From positions 35,754 to 99,753 of the forward strand of contig BPGJ01000008.1 of the NCBI GenBank assembly GCA_026002975.1: DNA of 64,000 nt, written 5' to 3'. Both the position numbers and the translations under genes were made by a program. This DNA comes from Acidimicrobiia bacterium. GTDB taxonomy: Bacteria > Actinomycetota > Acidimicrobiia > Spongiisociales > ZC4RG35. The notes beneath the pieces were generated by a model, which saw nothing but the letters and a program-made list of their open reading frames with translations, did not search any database and was not told where the DNA came from. Of the stretch, positions 62,139-64,000 are shown piece after piece (the stretch's first letter is position 1; each line of letters begins with the position of its first letter).

Positions 62139-64000
62139 TCAGTCGGTTCCGATCCCCAGGTTGGCGAGGAACGCGCGGTGGTTCGGCTCCCGGCCGAGGA
62201 AGTCCCGGAGCAGCTCGATCCCGTCCCGGGTGCCGCCTCGTTCGAGGATCTTCTCCCGGTATTCCCTACCCACTCTCGGGTCGAGGTAACCCTCCTCCTC
62301 GAAACGGCTGAACATGTCGTCTCCGTACACCTCCGACCACAGGTAGCCGTAGTAGCCGGCGTCGTAGCCGCCCAGCAGGTGACCGAAACTCGCCGGGAAG
62401 AAGGTCCCCTCCTGGAGGGGAAGCAACCCCACCTCGGTGGCCTCGACCAGGATCCGATCCAGGTCCTTGTCCGGGGTGGCGTCGTGCAGCCGGAGATCCA
62501 GGGTCCCGAACACCATCTGCCGGAGGGTGGCCACCGCGATGTTGAGACGCCGGGCCGCCACCAGCTGGTCGACCAGCTCCTCGGGGATGGGCTCTCCCGT
62601 CTGGTGGTGGCGGGCGAACCGCCTCAACACGTCGGCTTTCCACACCCAATGTTCCATGATCTGGGAGGGCGCTTCCACGAAGTCCCGCTCCGTGTTGGTA
62701 CCCGAGAACCGGACCAGCTCAGCCCTGGTCAACACCTGGTGGAGGATGTGGCCGAACTCGTGGAACAAGGTCTCCACCTCGGAGTGCTGCAACAAGGACG
62801 GCCGCTTGGCGGTTGGTTTGGTGAAGTTGGCGACGATCGCCGCCATCGGCCGCTGGTACGACCCGTCGGCGAGGCGCCGACCCGGCACGAGAGGGAAGGC
62901 GGCCGCGTGGCTGAATTTGCCCTCCCGGGGGAAGAGATCCATGTGGAAGTGCGCGATCTCCTCTCCGGTGTCCCGGTCGTAGACCCGATAGGTGGTGACG
63001 TCGGGGTGCCACACGGGTGCATCGACCTGTTGGTAGTCGAGGCCGAAGACCTCTCCGGTGATCTCCAACATGCCGTCGATCACCGCCTCCAGAGGGAAGT
63101 AGGCGGCCACCTGGGCGGGATCGACCCCGAACTCGGACTTTCGGATCTGGGTGTCGTAGTACCGCCAGTCGTACACCTGCAGCTCCGAATCTCCCGTGTC
63201 GGCCTCCAGCAGGGCCGCCATCTTGGCGATCTCCCGGCGGGCCGCCTCGGTGAGGGGTGGGCGGAGCCTCCGGTAGAAGTCCTCGACCGCCTCCGGGGTC
63301 TTCGCCATCCGCTCGTCGAGCTGGTGGTGGGCCCAGGAAGGCTGACCGAAGATCTCGGCGATCTCCCGGCGAATCGCCACCGCCTCTTCCAGGATCGGCC
63401 GGTTCTCGGCCACCGCCCGGGAGTTGAACTTGCGGGACAGGGCTTCCCGCAGGTCGCGGCGCCGGGCGTTCTCCAGGAAGGGCACCACATGCGGGTAGGC
63501 CATCGTCACCCGGAAGGTGCCGGGGCGGTCTCCGGGTTCGAGGGTGTCCACGTAGCCTTCGGGCAGGCCGTCCAGGTCGTCGATGGTGACCTCCAGGTGG
63601 TCGCGGTGCTCGGCTATGTTCCGTTCGAACTCGACTCCGAGCTGGACCAACCGGTTGGCGAGCTCCCGGAGTCGCTCTCGGCTGGCGGCGGGTAGCTCGT
63701 GGCCCGCCTTGCGGAAGTCCCTGAGCAGGAAGTCGAGGAAGCGACGCCACTCGCCGTCCAGTTCTGCAGCCCGGGGCGTCTCGGCGAACGCCTTGACCGC
63801 CCGGTAGAGGTCCTCCCGGAAGGTGAGCTCCACCTGCCAGGTCTCCAGCTTGGCTTCGGCTTCCTTGCCGGCTGCCCTGGTGTCGGGGTCGGGATGCACG
63901 TAACCCATGAACCCGGTGCGACCGAACGCTCGGGCCATCAGGTCTGCGACGTCGTCGAGGGGACGCAGCACCGACTCGACGGTGAGGGGGTTGTCGGGGT
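62139..64000 (-). CDS. M3-family zinc metallopeptidase (oligopeptidase A / dipeptidyl carboxypeptidase-like), 5-prime end beyond window
   Basis: The HEFGHILH zinc motif is present. The frame is still open at the window edge. Confidence 0.85.
   Translation of the reverse strand, partial: PDNPLTVESVLRPLDDVADLMARAFGRTGFMGYVHPDPDTRAAGKEAEAKLETWQVELTFREDLYRAVKAFAETPRAAELDGEWRRFLDFLLRDFRKAGHELPAASRERLRELANRLVQLGVEFERNIAEHRDHLEVTIDDLDGLPEGYVDTLEPGDRPGTFRVTMAYPHVVPFLENARRRDLREALSRKFNSRAVAENRPILEEAVAIRREIAEIFGQPSWAHHQLDERMAKTPEAVEDFYRRLRPPLTEAARREIAKMAALLEADTGDSELQVYDWRYYDTQIRKSEFGVDPAQVAAYFPLEAVIDGMLEITGEVFGLDYQQVDAPVWHPDVTTYRVYDRDTGEEIAHFHMDLFPREGKFSHAAAFPLVPGRRLADGSYQRPMAAIVANFTKPTAKRPSLLQHSEVETLFHEFGHILHQVLTRAELVRFSGTNTERDFVEAPSQIMEHWVWKADVLRRFARHHQTGEPIPEELVDQLVAARRLNIAVATLRQMVFGTLDLRLHDATPDKDLDRILVEATEVGLLPLQEGTFFPASFGHLLGGYDAGYYGYLWSEVYGDDMFSRFEEEGYLDPRVGREYREKILERGGTRDGIELLRDFLGREPNHRAFLANLGIGTD

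Overview
This is a GC-rich chromosomal segment, by eye well over 60% G+C. I ran no homology search, so every function below is assigned from motifs, domain order and gene context read off the translations. The gene order points to Actinomycetota. It contains the conserved origin-proximal block tRNA-Ile / tRNA-Ala ... crgA-trpG(pabA)-pknB-pbpA-rodA-pstP-fhaB-fhaA-tRNA-Leu, and also serS, tadA, ribosomal protein bS22, a PAC2 protein and ppa.

Content from left to right:
- The 3-prime end of a PFOR gene, translationally coupled to a DHODH-like flavoprotein and an AhpD/CMD-family protein.
- A Tat-exported molybdopterin (Mo/W-bisPGD) oxidoreductase operon. It has catalytic, 4x[4Fe-4S] and NrfD-like anchor subunits, a small 2-TM protein, a TorD-like chaperone and a large polyferredoxin. 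A type-1 copper lipoprotein gene converges on it.
- A multiply frameshifted rmuC, followed by a junction between two truncated genes.
- An ABC importer operon bracketed by two amidohydrolases. The second amidohydrolase is fused in frame to a permease.
- A TetR / ABC-2 exporter operon with two separate ATPase genes.
- Two divergent thiolases.
- A DUF559 nuclease gene bracketed by identical AT-rich palindromes.
- The pknB cell-wall cluster.
- serS-tadA followed by four tandem tRNA-Ser genes.
- A tRNA-Arg with a duplicated 3-prime half, enclosing a vapBC islet next to IS debris.
- cbiMQO, more ABC-2 transporters, a penicillin/AHL-acylase-family gene, phzF-like, thrB, a crotonase-DLH fusion and a partial M3 peptidase.

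Most interesting observations:
- A family of 49-bp AT-rich perfect palindromes with three copies. The outer arms are invariant and the inner arms differ by compensatory changes.
- The Mo-enzyme cluster has a degenerate FS0 cysteine motif and unusual accessory genes.
- The permease-amidohydrolase fusion.
- The tRNA-Arg att-like duplication.
- Indel or truncation lesions occur in at least eight genes. This is either real gene decay or local assembly error.

I saw no CRISPR array, rRNA gene, prophage or obvious biosynthetic cluster.
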